A stretch of DNA of 21,535 nucleotides from NCBI GenBank assembly GCA_016177925.1, contig JACOUH010000213.1:1-21535 (forward strand), written 5' to 3'. The translations under genes were made by a program, and so were the position numbers. The DNA is from Planctomycetota bacterium. Its GTDB lineage: Bacteria; Planctomycetota; Planctomycetia; Gemmatales; Gemmataceae. Below, one piece after another: positions 11,345 through 19,254 of this stretch (positions are counted from its first letter, which is position 1; each line of letters begins with the position of its first letter). The notes below the pieces were generated by a model. That model worked only from the letters and a program-made list of their open reading frames with translations. It did not search any database and was not told where the DNA came from.

Positions 11345-12360
11345 GCGTCCTGAACGCCATTCGCGATCTGATTCAGCAGGACATCGGCGGCCGCGGCCTG
11401 GCGACGGACCCGGCGGAGAACCTGCTGACGCTGACGGCGGGTGACTTCACCTCGGCCTGTCGCAGCATCGCCGGCTCGCCACGGCAGCCCTCGCTGGCGG
11501 TCGTGACGGGCTTCTGGATTCCGCACGGGACGCCGCCCGCCGGCGAGACGGACGGCCCGCTCGGTGCCCTGTTCCTGGCCCGCGCGCTGGCCCCCCTGGG
11601 TTTCCGCGTGGTGCTGGCGACCGACGCGTTCTGTCTGAAGGCGCTGGAGGCGGGCCTGCGCGCGTGCGGCCTGGAGAAGCAGGTACACCTGGTGGAACTG
11701 CCGCCCGCCGCGGAGGGGACCGACGCGATGGCCTACTGGTCGGCATTCGCCAACGTGGCGGGCACGCCGACTCACCTCGTCGCCCTGGAGCGTGTCGGCC
11801 CGTCCCACTTGCCCGATTCGCTGCGAACACAGCCCGCGACAACCCCGGACGACCTGCTGCAATTCCTGTCCGAGATCCCCGTCGAGCACCACGACCGCTG
11901 TCACACGATGCGCGGGCTCGACATCACGTCGCAGATGCGACCGGCGCATCTCCTGTTCGAGGCGGCACGCCGCGTCCGCCCGTCGCTGCGGACAATCGCC
12001 ATCGGCGACGGCGGCAACGAGATTGGCATGGGCAAGCTGCCGTGGCGAGCCCTGCGGCGGAACATTCCCAACGGCGGGTTGGTGGCCTGCCGGGTGCCGG
12101 CCGACGACCTGATTGTGTGCGGCGTGAGTAACTGGGGAGCGTACGCTTTGGCTGCGGGCGTGCTACACCTGCTTGGCATCGACGACGACCCAACGCTATT
12201 CGCCGTGGAGCACGAGCGGGAGTTGCTGCGCGTGATGGTCGAGGAAGGTCCGCTCGTCGACGGCATGACGGGCCAACCGTCCGTCAGCGTGGACGGCCTC
12301 GACTTCGAGCGCTACGCGGAGCCGCTGCGGCAGTTGCCGGCCATCCTGTCCGGACCCTGA
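11341..12360 (+). CDS. DUF4392-like (D-glutamate-cyclase-like) protein, about 339 aa
   Basis: GTG at 11341 overlaps the RluA stop (GTGA). The protein begins VSVLNAIRDLIQQDIGG... and carries the glycine-rich block TIAIGDGGNEIGMGKLPW that I associate with DUF4392. The family call comes from memory of that motif only. Confidence 0.6.
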   Translation: MSVLNAIRDLIQQDIGGRGLATDPAENLLTLTAGDFTSACRSIAGSPRQPSLAVVTGFWIPHGTPPAGETDGPLGALFLARALAPLGFRVVLATDAFCLKALEAGLRACGLEKQVHLVELPPAAEGTDAMAYWSAFANVAGTPTHLVALERVGPSHLPDSLRTQPATTPDDLLQFLSEIPVEHHDRCHTMRGLDITSQMRPAHLLFEAARRVRPSLRTIAIGDGGNEIGMGKLPWRALRRNIPNGGLVACRVPADDLIVCGVSNWGAYALAAGVLHLLGIDDDPTLFAVEHERELLRVMVEEGPLVDGMTGQPSVSVDGLDFERYAEPLRQLPAILSGP

Positions 12361-12525
12361 GACCGCGTGAGCTGCCCGGCTCCGACAGTGTGCTGCGGAA
12401 GGTCCGCGAACCTTGAACGCGCCCTCCGTCTCTGATAGAGTGACAATCAATCGCAATTGTCGTCTTGACCGTCCTTACGATGGTCCGTGCCGGATCGCTA
12501 TTACCCCGGCAAGAAAGAAGCTCAC

Positions 12526-12584
12526 GTAGGTCAGGCTTTCCAGCCTGACTCGTCTGGGACGTCAGGCTGGAAAGCCTGACCTAC
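12526..12584. repeat. Perfect nested inverted repeat (24-bp arms, each arm itself a small hairpin) in the 283-bp leader upstream of speH
   Basis: gtaggtcaggctttccagcctgac tcgtctgggac gtcaggctggaaagcctgacctac. Each arm contains gtcaggct ttcc agcctgac. Confidence 0.6.
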
Positions 12585-12643
12585 TTCCGTGCCGAGGTAA
12601 TAGATGCCCCCAGGAGACTTACAACCGGGAGGGCTCTCCCATC

Positions 12644-13015
12644 ATGATCGTCGGAACCGAGTGGCTGGTGGACGCCGAGGGTTGTCGCCCGGAACTGCTG
12701 AGCGACCTGCCCGCCGTGCGCGCAACCTGTGAACGGATCCTCAACGACCTCGAGCTGCGGACCGTCGGGGAGGGCCTTGCCCATCAGTTCCCGTCGCCGG
12801 GCGGCATCACGCTGATGTACCTGCTGACCGAGTCGCACCTGACCTGTCACACTTATCCCGAGCACAGGATCGCCCTGTTCAGCCTGTCGTGCTGCCGTCC
12901 TCGCCCGCGCTGGGACTGGGAGACGCAGCTGGCCCGGCTGCTCGGGGCAGCTCGCGTGACGGTCCGCTGCCTGGCGCGCGGTGCGGTCGTCGAGCCCGAG
13001 CCCGCCGCGCTCTAA
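12644..13015 (+). CDS. speH: S-adenosylmethionine decarboxylase proenzyme, small class 1A (pyruvoyl-dependent), 123 aa
   Basis: ATG at 12644 with a gggaggg Shine-Dalgarno sequence. The diagnostic self-cleavage and active-site block is LLTESHLTCHTYPEH (the ES|H motif). The size matches the SpeH/SpeD class 1A enzymes. Confidence 0.9.
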   Translation: MIVGTEWLVDAEGCRPELLSDLPAVRATCERILNDLELRTVGEGLAHQFPSPGGITLMYLLTESHLTCHTYPEHRIALFSLSCCRPRPRWDWETQLARLLGAARVTVRCLARGAVVEPEPAAL

Positions 13016-13029
13016 CGGGGAGAAGCGCC

Positions 13030-15006
13030 ATGAGCCCCACGCATGCGACCTGCCCCTCCTGCGAAACGGTGCTGACCATCAGTCACGACGCCACGGTCAG
13101 CGTCGTCTGCAAGAAGTGTCATGCCGTCCTGGAGCGGCGCGGCGACAGCTTCCGCCAGGTCGGGACCGCTCCCGTCGTCATCCCCACGCGCTCGACCGTC
13201 GCGAATGGCATGGACGGCACCTACAACGGAACTCGCTTTACCGTTACCGGCCACGTCCAGCTCAGCAACGAGGACGGCGCCACCTGGGACGAATATTATC
13301 TCGGTTTCGAGGACGGCGCGTGCGGCTGGCTGGCCCAGGCCCAGGGCCGCCTGCTCCTGCTGTTCCGCGCCGACCTGCCCGAAGACCTGCTCCTGCCCGC
13401 CTTCGAGAGCCTCGACCTCAAAAATTCTCTCGACCTGATGCCGGGCCTGGGGGCCTTGCACGTCGTCGAGAAGGGCCAGGCCCGGGTCGAAGCTGCCAGC
13501 GGTCAGGTCCCCTACCTGCTGCGCCCCGGCGAGACGTACCCTTACGTCGACCTCGCCGCCATGAGCAGCGCCTTTGCCTCGCTCGACTTCAGCACGCAGC
13601 CGGCTACGCTCTTCGTCGGCCGTGAGATTACCTTTGCCGACCTCGGCATGGAGCCGGCCGCTGCCGAGCCCGCCGCTCTGGGCGAGTCGCTGTACTGCAC
13701 CGAGTGCGGCGCCCGCATGGAGGTGCGCAACCCGGGCCGGGCCCAACGTGTTACCTGCCTGCAATGCCGGGCGCTCTTCGATGTCAGCTCGGGCCGGGCA
13801 GCGTTCATCGGCACCCAGGACGAGGCCCCAGTCCAACCTGTCACGCCGCTGGGCTCGGTCGGTCACTTCGCTGCCGGCGACCTGACCCTGATCGGCTTCC
13901 TGCAGCGCAAGACGACCGACGAGGAGGGGACGACCTGGTTCTGGGAAGAGTACCTGCTCAGCGACGGCGAGGGCGGCTATCGCTGGCTGGTCTGCAGCGA
14001 TCGTCACTGGACGCTGTTCGAGCCGATCACCAAGGGCTCGGACATCCGACCGGTTGTCTACCACGCCCACCGCGCCTACAAGCTCTTCCAGCACGGCCAG
14101 GCGCAAGTCACCTATGTCGAGGGCGAGTTCTACTGGAACGTCGCCGCCGGCCAGGCGACCTACACGGCCGACTTTGTCCATCCGCCCTACATGTTGTCCG
14201 CCGAGTATTCCGAGGCCAGCAGCACCAAGGGCGAGTCCAACTGGACGCACGGCTTCTACCTGCCCGTTGCCGAGGTCGAGGCGGCGTTCGGCCTCTCCAG
14301 GTTGCCGCGGCCGAGGACGGTCGGTCCCAATCAGCCCTTCAACGGTTCGCAGATTTATCCGATCTGGTTCATGGCCAGTGCCGTCCTCGTCCTCCTTGGC
14401 GTGTTCTTCCTGATGCTGACCCCGTCGGAGAAGGTCTTCGACGAGACGTTCACCATCAGCACACCGCGCGACCCGGAGGAGCGGAAGAAGCTGGAGGAAC
14501 GCGTCGAGACGGGCAAGGGGATGCAGACGGTGGAGCGGCACACTATTCGGCCCGAGAAAAAGGTGTCGCTGAAGGGCCTGAAGAACATCAAGGTGACGGC
14601 CCACGCGCGCGACATTCCGTCGAACAGCTGGGTGGAGGTGGCCGGCTACCTGATCGACGACGACACGCTGGAAGTGCAGCCGTTCGAGCTTACCCTGGAG
14701 CATTACCAGGGCGTCGAAGACGGCGAAGCGTGGACCGAGGACGACCGCGAGAAAACCACGTACCTATCATCGCTGCCTGGCGGCGACTACGTGCTCCGCG
14801 TCGACCTCTACCGCCAGCCGCGGACGGAGTTCGGCGGCGGACCGCTCAGTGTCCGCCTCGTCATCGAGCAGGGCCATCCGCGCTGGTGGCACCTGCTTGT
14901 GGCGCTGGTGCTGCTGGCCATCATCCCGCTGATTACCTGGCTGGTGCAGAAGTCCTTCGAGACGCGGCGGTGGCAGAACAGTAACGTCAACCCGACCGGC
15001 GCCTGA
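13030..15006 (+). CDS. Uncharacterised membrane protein, 658 aa: two tandem zinc-ribbon plus beta-domain repeats (DUF4178-like?), a TM helix, a charged ~170-aa domain, and a C-terminal TM helix
   Basis: ATG at 13030 with gggaga 8 nt upstream, 14 nt after the speH stop. Repeat 1 is CPSCETVLTI...CKKCHAVL ... WDEYYLGFEDGACGWLA. Repeat 2 is CTECGARMEV...CLQCRALF ... WFWEEYLLSDGEGGYRWLV. The TM helices are IYPIWFMASAVLVLLGVFFLML and WWHLLVALVLLAIIPLITWLV. The DUF4178 assignment is tentative. Confidence 0.75.
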   Translation: MSPTHATCPSCETVLTISHDATVSVVCKKCHAVLERRGDSFRQVGTAPVVIPTRSTVANGMDGTYNGTRFTVTGHVQLSNEDGATWDEYYLGFEDGACGWLAQAQGRLLLLFRADLPEDLLLPAFESLDLKNSLDLMPGLGALHVVEKGQARVEAASGQVPYLLRPGETYPYVDLAAMSSAFASLDFSTQPATLFVGREITFADLGMEPAAAEPAALGESLYCTECGARMEVRNPGRAQRVTCLQCRALFDVSSGRAAFIGTQDEAPVQPVTPLGSVGHFAAGDLTLIGFLQRKTTDEEGTTWFWEEYLLSDGEGGYRWLVCSDRHWTLFEPITKGSDIRPVVYHAHRAYKLFQHGQAQVTYVEGEFYWNVAAGQATYTADFVHPPYMLSAEYSEASSTKGESNWTHGFYLPVAEVEAAFGLSRLPRPRTVGPNQPFNGSQIYPIWFMASAVLVLLGVFFLMLTPSEKVFDETFTISTPRDPEERKKLEERVETGKGMQTVERHTIRPEKKVSLKGLKNIKVTAHARDIPSNSWVEVAGYLIDDDTLEVQPFELTLEHYQGVEDGEAWTEDDREKTTYLSSLPGGDYVLRVDLYRQPRTEFGGGPLSVRLVIEQGHPRWWHLLVALVLLAIIPLITWLVQKSFETRRWQNSNVNPTGA

Positions 15007-15031
15007 GCCGGCCGTTCCGGGGAGAATCCCG

Positions 15032-15217
15032 ATGAGCAGATTCGCGATTTTCTACTCGATCGTGGCGGCCTCCATTGTCCTCTTCTACACCGTTTCGACG
15101 GCGTGCGGCTGGGAGTATTTCCATTCCGAAAAGGAGAAGACCACCGAGGAGGCGAAGCGGGAAGGCTATCGGGGCGGACACTTCATCTTCATCCCCGGTC
15201 CGCGCGGCGGCAAATGA
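15032..15217 (+). CDS. Small single-TM membrane protein (61 aa), translationally coupled to speE
   Basis: ATG at 15032 with ggggagaa 5-6 nt upstream. The TM helix is FAIFYSIVAASIVLFYTV. The stop TGA at 15215-15217 overlaps the speE ATG at 15214 (ATGA). Confidence 0.55.
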   Translation: MSRFAIFYSIVAASIVLFYTVSTACGWEYFHSEKEKTTEEAKREGYRGGHFIFIPGPRGGK

Positions 15218-16779
15218 ACCGGTCGTTCTTCCTGTTCCTGAACGTCCTGATCATCGCCACCTGTGGCCTGGTCTACGAGCTGCTCGCCGGGACCGCGGCC
15301 AGCTACCTGCTGGGCGACACGGTCTTTCAGTTCTCGACCGTCATCGGCGTCTACCTGTTCGCCATGGGCGTCGGCTCCTGGTTGTCGCGCTTTATCGACA
15401 AGCAACTGGCCTGGGTGTTCGTCGAGGTCGAACTGGCCGTCGCCCTGCTGGGCGGGCTGGCGTCGCCGATCTTCTTCCTCGGCCACGCCTATCTGAGTTT
15501 CTTCCAGGTCGTCCTGTATGCGGTGGTCTTTTTGATCGGAACACTGGTCGGCCTCGAGATCCCGCTCCTGATGCGAATCCTCGAGGGCACTATCGAGTTC
15601 AAGGACCTCGTTTCGCGGGTCCTGGCATTCGACTATGTCGGTGCCCTGATCGCGTCGCTGGCCTTTCCGATGCTGCTGTTGCCGAGCCTTGGCATCATGC
15701 GGACGTCGCTGGCGATTGGCATCGTCAACGCGCTGGTGGGCCTGTGGGCGACCTGGCTGCTGCGGCCACAGATCAAGGGGAGCGTGACGGCCCTGCGCGC
15801 CCGGGCGATCCTGGTGATCGTCCTGCTCGGGGTTGGCATCGTCTTCTCGAACCGGCTAATCCTCTTCGCCGAGGAGGGTATCTACGCCGACCCGGTGGTC
15901 TTCACGCGCACGACGCCGTACCAGCGCATTGTCGTGACGCGCGGCACGGGCGGGGTCTTCCGGCTGTACCTCAACGGCCATTTGCAGTTCAACTCGGTGG
16001 ACGAGTATCGCTACCACGAGGCGCTCGTCCACCCGGCAATGGCAGCGGTCGTGAGCCCGAAGCGCGTGCTGGTTCTGGGCGGCGGCGACGGGCTGGCGCT
16101 GCGCGAGGTGCTGCGCCACCCGAACGTCGAATCGGTGACGCTGGTCGATCTCGATCCGGGCATGACGCGGCTGTCGGACCGTTATCCGCCGCTGGGTCAA
16201 CTCAACGAGCAGGCTTACCACGATGCCAAGGTGCGTGTTGTCAACGAGGACGCCTACATCTGGGTGCAGAAGGCCCCACCGGACGGCCGGCCCTTCGATG
16301 TGATCCTCATCGACTTTCCCGATCCGCACAGTTACGCCTTGGGGAAGCTGTACACGACGCACTTCTACCGGCTGCTGAAACGACACCTGACGCGCGACGG
16401 AGCGATCGCGGTGCAGTGTACGTCGCCCTTCATGGCGCCCAAGACATTCTGGTGTATCGTGAAGACGCTGGAGGCGTCCGGCTATCGGGTGAAGCCGTAT
16501 CACGTCGCTGTGCCATCGTTCTTCGGCGTCTGGGGCTTCTCGCTGGCCAAGCGCGAGGAGGACGAACTGAAGGTGCCGGAGCGAGTGCCGCGCGACCTGC
16601 GCCGGCCGGACGGAACGCCAGTGCGGCTGCGGTTCCTCAACGACGACGCTCTCAAGGCGATGTTCGTGTTCCCCGAGGACATGCAATTGCCAGCCGACGA
16701 GAAGGTGGAGGTCAACCGTCTCGACAACCAGGTGGTGGTGCAATATCACGAGGCGGAGTGGAAGCGCTACGTCCGATAG
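15214..16779 (+). CDS. speE: Spermidine synthase (polyamine aminopropyltransferase) with an N-terminal polytopic membrane domain, 521 aa
   Basis: About 200 aa carrying roughly 7 TM helices precede a classical SpeE catalytic core: YQRIVVTRG...LYLNGHLQF, VLVLGGGDGLALREVLRHPNVESVTLVDLDPGM and DVILIDFPDP. Confidence 0.9.
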   Translation: MNRSFFLFLNVLIIATCGLVYELLAGTAASYLLGDTVFQFSTVIGVYLFAMGVGSWLSRFIDKQLAWVFVEVELAVALLGGLASPIFFLGHAYLSFFQVVLYAVVFLIGTLVGLEIPLLMRILEGTIEFKDLVSRVLAFDYVGALIASLAFPMLLLPSLGIMRTSLAIGIVNALVGLWATWLLRPQIKGSVTALRARAILVIVLLGVGIVFSNRLILFAEEGIYADPVVFTRTTPYQRIVVTRGTGGVFRLYLNGHLQFNSVDEYRYHEALVHPAMAAVVSPKRVLVLGGGDGLALREVLRHPNVESVTLVDLDPGMTRLSDRYPPLGQLNEQAYHDAKVRVVNEDAYIWVQKAPPDGRPFDVILIDFPDPHSYALGKLYTTHFYRLLKRHLTRDGAIAVQCTSPFMAPKTFWCIVKTLEASGYRVKPYHVAVPSFFGVWGFSLAKREEDELKVPERVPRDLRRPDGTPVRLRFLNDDALKAMFVFPEDMQLPADEKVEVNRLDNQVVVQYHEAEWKRYVR

Positions 16780-16800
16780 GAGGAGTTCTTCCGCTTGCGG

Positions 16801-16896
16801 CTTAGAAGCGGTTTCAAAACTTTGTGGGGCAGGTCGCTGACCTGCCTGGAGCTGGCAGGTCAGCGACCTGCCCCACGTTTTGAAACCGCTACTTAG
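16801..16896. mobile_element. MITE-like nested-palindrome element (about 86 bp) with terminal inverted repeats, flanked by 5-bp direct repeats CTTAG
   Basis: The left arm aagcggtttcaaaactttgtggggcaggtcgctgacctgcc (16806-16846) and the right arm ggcaggtcagcgacctgccccacgttttgaaaccgct (16854-16890) are inverted copies with one 3-nt bulge. Each arm has an inner hairpin ggcaggtc gc tgacctgcc. CTTAG occurs at 16801-16805 and 16892-16896. The element lies between the speE stop and the oxidase gene. Confidence 0.45.
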
Positions 16897-16918
16897 CACG
16901 CGCTGGGAAGAGGTTGTC

Positions 16919-18595
16919 ATGGCGAAGCGTCCCTCGTGGCAGATCGGGCCGACGCGACGCGACGTGTTGGCCACCCTGCTGGGCGTGCCGGTGGCCCTCG
17001 CCGCGGGGTGTTCGCGCAAGCCGCCGCCGCTGCCGGAGGGCCGGATCGTCGGCGCCTCCGCCGGCATCGGTCATCGGCTGCGTGACGGCTTGCGCCCCCA
17101 GCCGGCCGAGGGTGCCTGGCAGGAACGGGCGGTCGTCATCGTTGGCGGCGGCATCGCCGGGCTGTCGGCAGCATGGCGTCTGCTCCTGGCCGGCTTCGAC
17201 GACTTCGTCCTCCTCGAACTGGAGCCGCGGCCGGGCGGCACGTCGGGCAGCGGTGCCTCGGACGTCTCCGCCTACCCCTGGGGGGCCCATTACCTGCCGG
17301 TGCCGATGAGGGAGAACCGGGCCCTCGTCCGCCTGCTCCGCGAGATGAATGTCATCGAGGGCGAGGACAAAGACGGCGAGCCGGTCGTCGGCGAGCAGTA
17401 CCTGATCCGCGACCAGAAGGAACGCATCTTCCACCGCGACGCGTGGCATCCTTGCGAGGAGCCCTACCTGCACGCCGGCGAGAGCGGCGAGGACATCGCC
17501 CAGCGCAAGCGATTCGACGCCGAGGTCGATTCCTGGGTCAACTTTCGCGACGGTAAAGGACGGCGGGCCTTCGCCATCCCGATCGCCCGCGGCTCGGACG
17601 ACGCGACCGTGACCGCACTGGACCGGCTGTCGATGGCCGACTGGATGCGCCGGAAAGGGCTGACGTCGCCGCGGTTACGCTGGATGGTCGACTACGCTTG
17701 TCGCGACGACTACGGAGCCACCGCGGAGGACGTCAGCGCCTGGGCGGGCCTGTTCTACTTCGCCGCCCGCAAGCGCAAGGCCCACGGCGATTCGCAGCCG
17801 TTCATGGCGTGGCCGGAGGGCAACGGACGTATCGTTCGCCACTTCGCGGAGCGACTCCGCTCGTCCGGGAAGGAGCTACTGCGGCTGGGCCTGGCGGTCA
17901 GCGAGGTGGGGCCCGTGGAGCGCGCCGGCAAGCCGGGCGTGGAGGTCATCGCCTGTGACCATGAGGGCCGCCAGGTGATCGGCTACCGGGCCGAGCGAGT
18001 GATCTTCGCGGCGCCGCAGTTTGTGGCGCCGTACGCGATCCGGTCGCTGCCGCGTGAGCGGATCGCCCTGGCGTCGTCCTTCGACTACAGCGTCTGGATG
18101 GTGGCGAACCTGGAGTTGAAGGATCGTCCAGCGGGCCCATTCCTCGCCTGGGACAATATCCTCTACGAGAGCCCGTCCTTGGGCTATGTCGTGGCGACGC
18201 ACCAGACCGGGACGGACTACGGGCCGACGGTGCTGACCTACTACTATCCGCTGACCGCCGGCAGCGCGCGCGCAGCCCGCACGACGCTGCTGGGGACCGG
18301 CTGGGAGGAATGGGCGGAGGTGGCGCTGGCAGACCTGGGCCGGGCGCATGACGACATCCACTCGCTGGTCGAGCGGCTGGACGTGATGCGCTGGGGCCAC
18401 GCGATGCCGCGGCCGAAACCGGGCACGGTCTGGGGAAGCGAACGGCCCAAGGCGGCCCAGCCCTACCGCAACGTCTCCTTCGCCCACTCCGACCTGAGTG
18501 GTGTTGGCATCATGGAGGAGGCGTTCTACCAGGGCGTGCGGGCGGCCGAGGAAGTCCTGGCCGCTCACGGCGTGAAGTCCGCAACGATTCTTTAA
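16919..18595 (+). CDS. FAD-dependent oxidoreductase, flavin amine-oxidase-like, predicted Tat-exported lipoprotein (558 aa)
   Basis: ATG at 16919 with ggaagagg upstream. The Tat-like and lipobox signal is TRRDVLATLLGVPVALAAGCS. The dinucleotide-binding motif is VVIVGGGIAGLSAAWRLL, and the length and C-terminal region are typical of amine oxidases. Confidence 0.8.
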   Translation: MAKRPSWQIGPTRRDVLATLLGVPVALAAGCSRKPPPLPEGRIVGASAGIGHRLRDGLRPQPAEGAWQERAVVIVGGGIAGLSAAWRLLLAGFDDFVLLELEPRPGGTSGSGASDVSAYPWGAHYLPVPMRENRALVRLLREMNVIEGEDKDGEPVVGEQYLIRDQKERIFHRDAWHPCEEPYLHAGESGEDIAQRKRFDAEVDSWVNFRDGKGRRAFAIPIARGSDDATVTALDRLSMADWMRRKGLTSPRLRWMVDYACRDDYGATAEDVSAWAGLFYFAARKRKAHGDSQPFMAWPEGNGRIVRHFAERLRSSGKELLRLGLAVSEVGPVERAGKPGVEVIACDHEGRQVIGYRAERVIFAAPQFVAPYAIRSLPRERIALASSFDYSVWMVANLELKDRPAGPFLAWDNILYESPSLGYVVATHQTGTDYGPTVLTYYYPLTAGSARAARTTLLGTGWEEWAEVALADLGRAHDDIHSLVERLDVMRWGHAMPRPKPGTVWGSERPKAAQPYRNVSFAHSDLSGVGIMEEAFYQGVRAAEEVLAAHGVKSATIL

Positions 18596-18682
18596 CAAGG
18601 GCAACCACGGAATACACGGAAAAATACCGATGCAGCCTGCTGGCCGGCGCGAACCCCGTTCTCCCTGAAAAGGCGGGGGCTG

Positions 18683-19216
18683 TCAGGTCGGCGAGTCGGG
18701 AAGTACCAGTCCCTCATACTGCACCAGCAGGCCCAACAGCGGGGCCTCGGCGCGGGCGACGATGTCACACCCGTCCTCGCGGCCGACCTCGACGCCGGTC
18801 CCCCGCGGCGCCAGCCAGAGCGGCCAATTCACGCCCAGCACCCATGCCTGGACCGTCTCCAGCCGCAGCGCCGGCCCGTCGACCGTGACGCGGAAGGCCA
18901 GCCGCAGCGGCCCGAGCGCCTCGATCAGCAGCCCGCCCGCGGTCCACTGCACCGACTCCAGCCGGTGTCCGTCGAAGTCACGCACCCAGCGCTCGCGGTT
19001 GCCCTCGGGCACGACGCGCAGGCGCAGCGGCACCTGCTCGCCGGCGGGAGGCAGCCGGCCGAGGCGGCACAGCAGGCCGCGCAGCGGTCCCCTGCCGCGC
19101 GTGATGCGGAAGACAGCGCGGAAGTGTCGTTCCTGCTCGACGTCGTGAAAGTCACGCAGCGTCGGCGGCAGGGAGTCGAAGGCGTCGCCGAGAAGACGAC
19201 GGTAGAGGGCGGGCAT
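18683..19216 (-). CDS. Hypothetical protein (about 177 aa), possibly DUF4166-like, downstream of and overlapping the FGE gene
   Basis: ATG at 19216 (MPALYRRLLGDAFDSLPPTLRDFHD...) lies 40 nt inside the 3' end of the FGE gene. The longer ORF-track start at 19540 is rejected because it runs through the FGE coding region. The family call is very tentative. Confidence 0.45.
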   Translation of the reverse strand: MPALYRRLLGDAFDSLPPTLRDFHDVEQERHFRAVFRITRGRGPLRGLLCRLGRLPPAGEQVPLRLRVVPEGNRERWVRDFDGHRLESVQWTAGGLLIEALGPLRLAFRVTVDGPALRLETVQAWVLGVNWPLWLAPRGTGVEVGREDGCDIVARAEAPLLGLLVQYEGLVLPDSPT

Positions 19217-19254
19217 TGGCAGTGCGTCCTCGTAGTAGACCGGAGAGGAGACGC

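Noticed and set aside
12485-12603. Outer 8-bp direct repeat ccgtgccg and 8-bp inverted ctattacc/ggtaatag around the speH-leader palindrome, as possible TSD and TIR of a mobile element
   Set aside because: The geometry is inconsistent, because the direct repeats do not bracket the inverted 8-mers. Matches this short are plausible by chance.
13012-14703. 563-aa minus-strand ORF and the plus-strand ORFs 12981-13625 and 13704-14984
   Set aside because: These are antisense or alternate frames of the zinc-ribbon membrane protein, supported by its Shine-Dalgarno sequence, its repeats and its coupling to neighbours.
15856-17067. 403-aa minus-strand ORF and the 15075-16805 plus-strand ORF
   Set aside because: They overlap speE and the oxidase in the wrong frame or strand. 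The speE frame carries the canonical aminopropyltransferase motifs.
18596-18682. Bidirectional terminator between the convergent oxidase and hypothetical genes
   Set aside because: Only a weak 5-bp stem (ccccg/cgggg) is visible, which is not enough to call.
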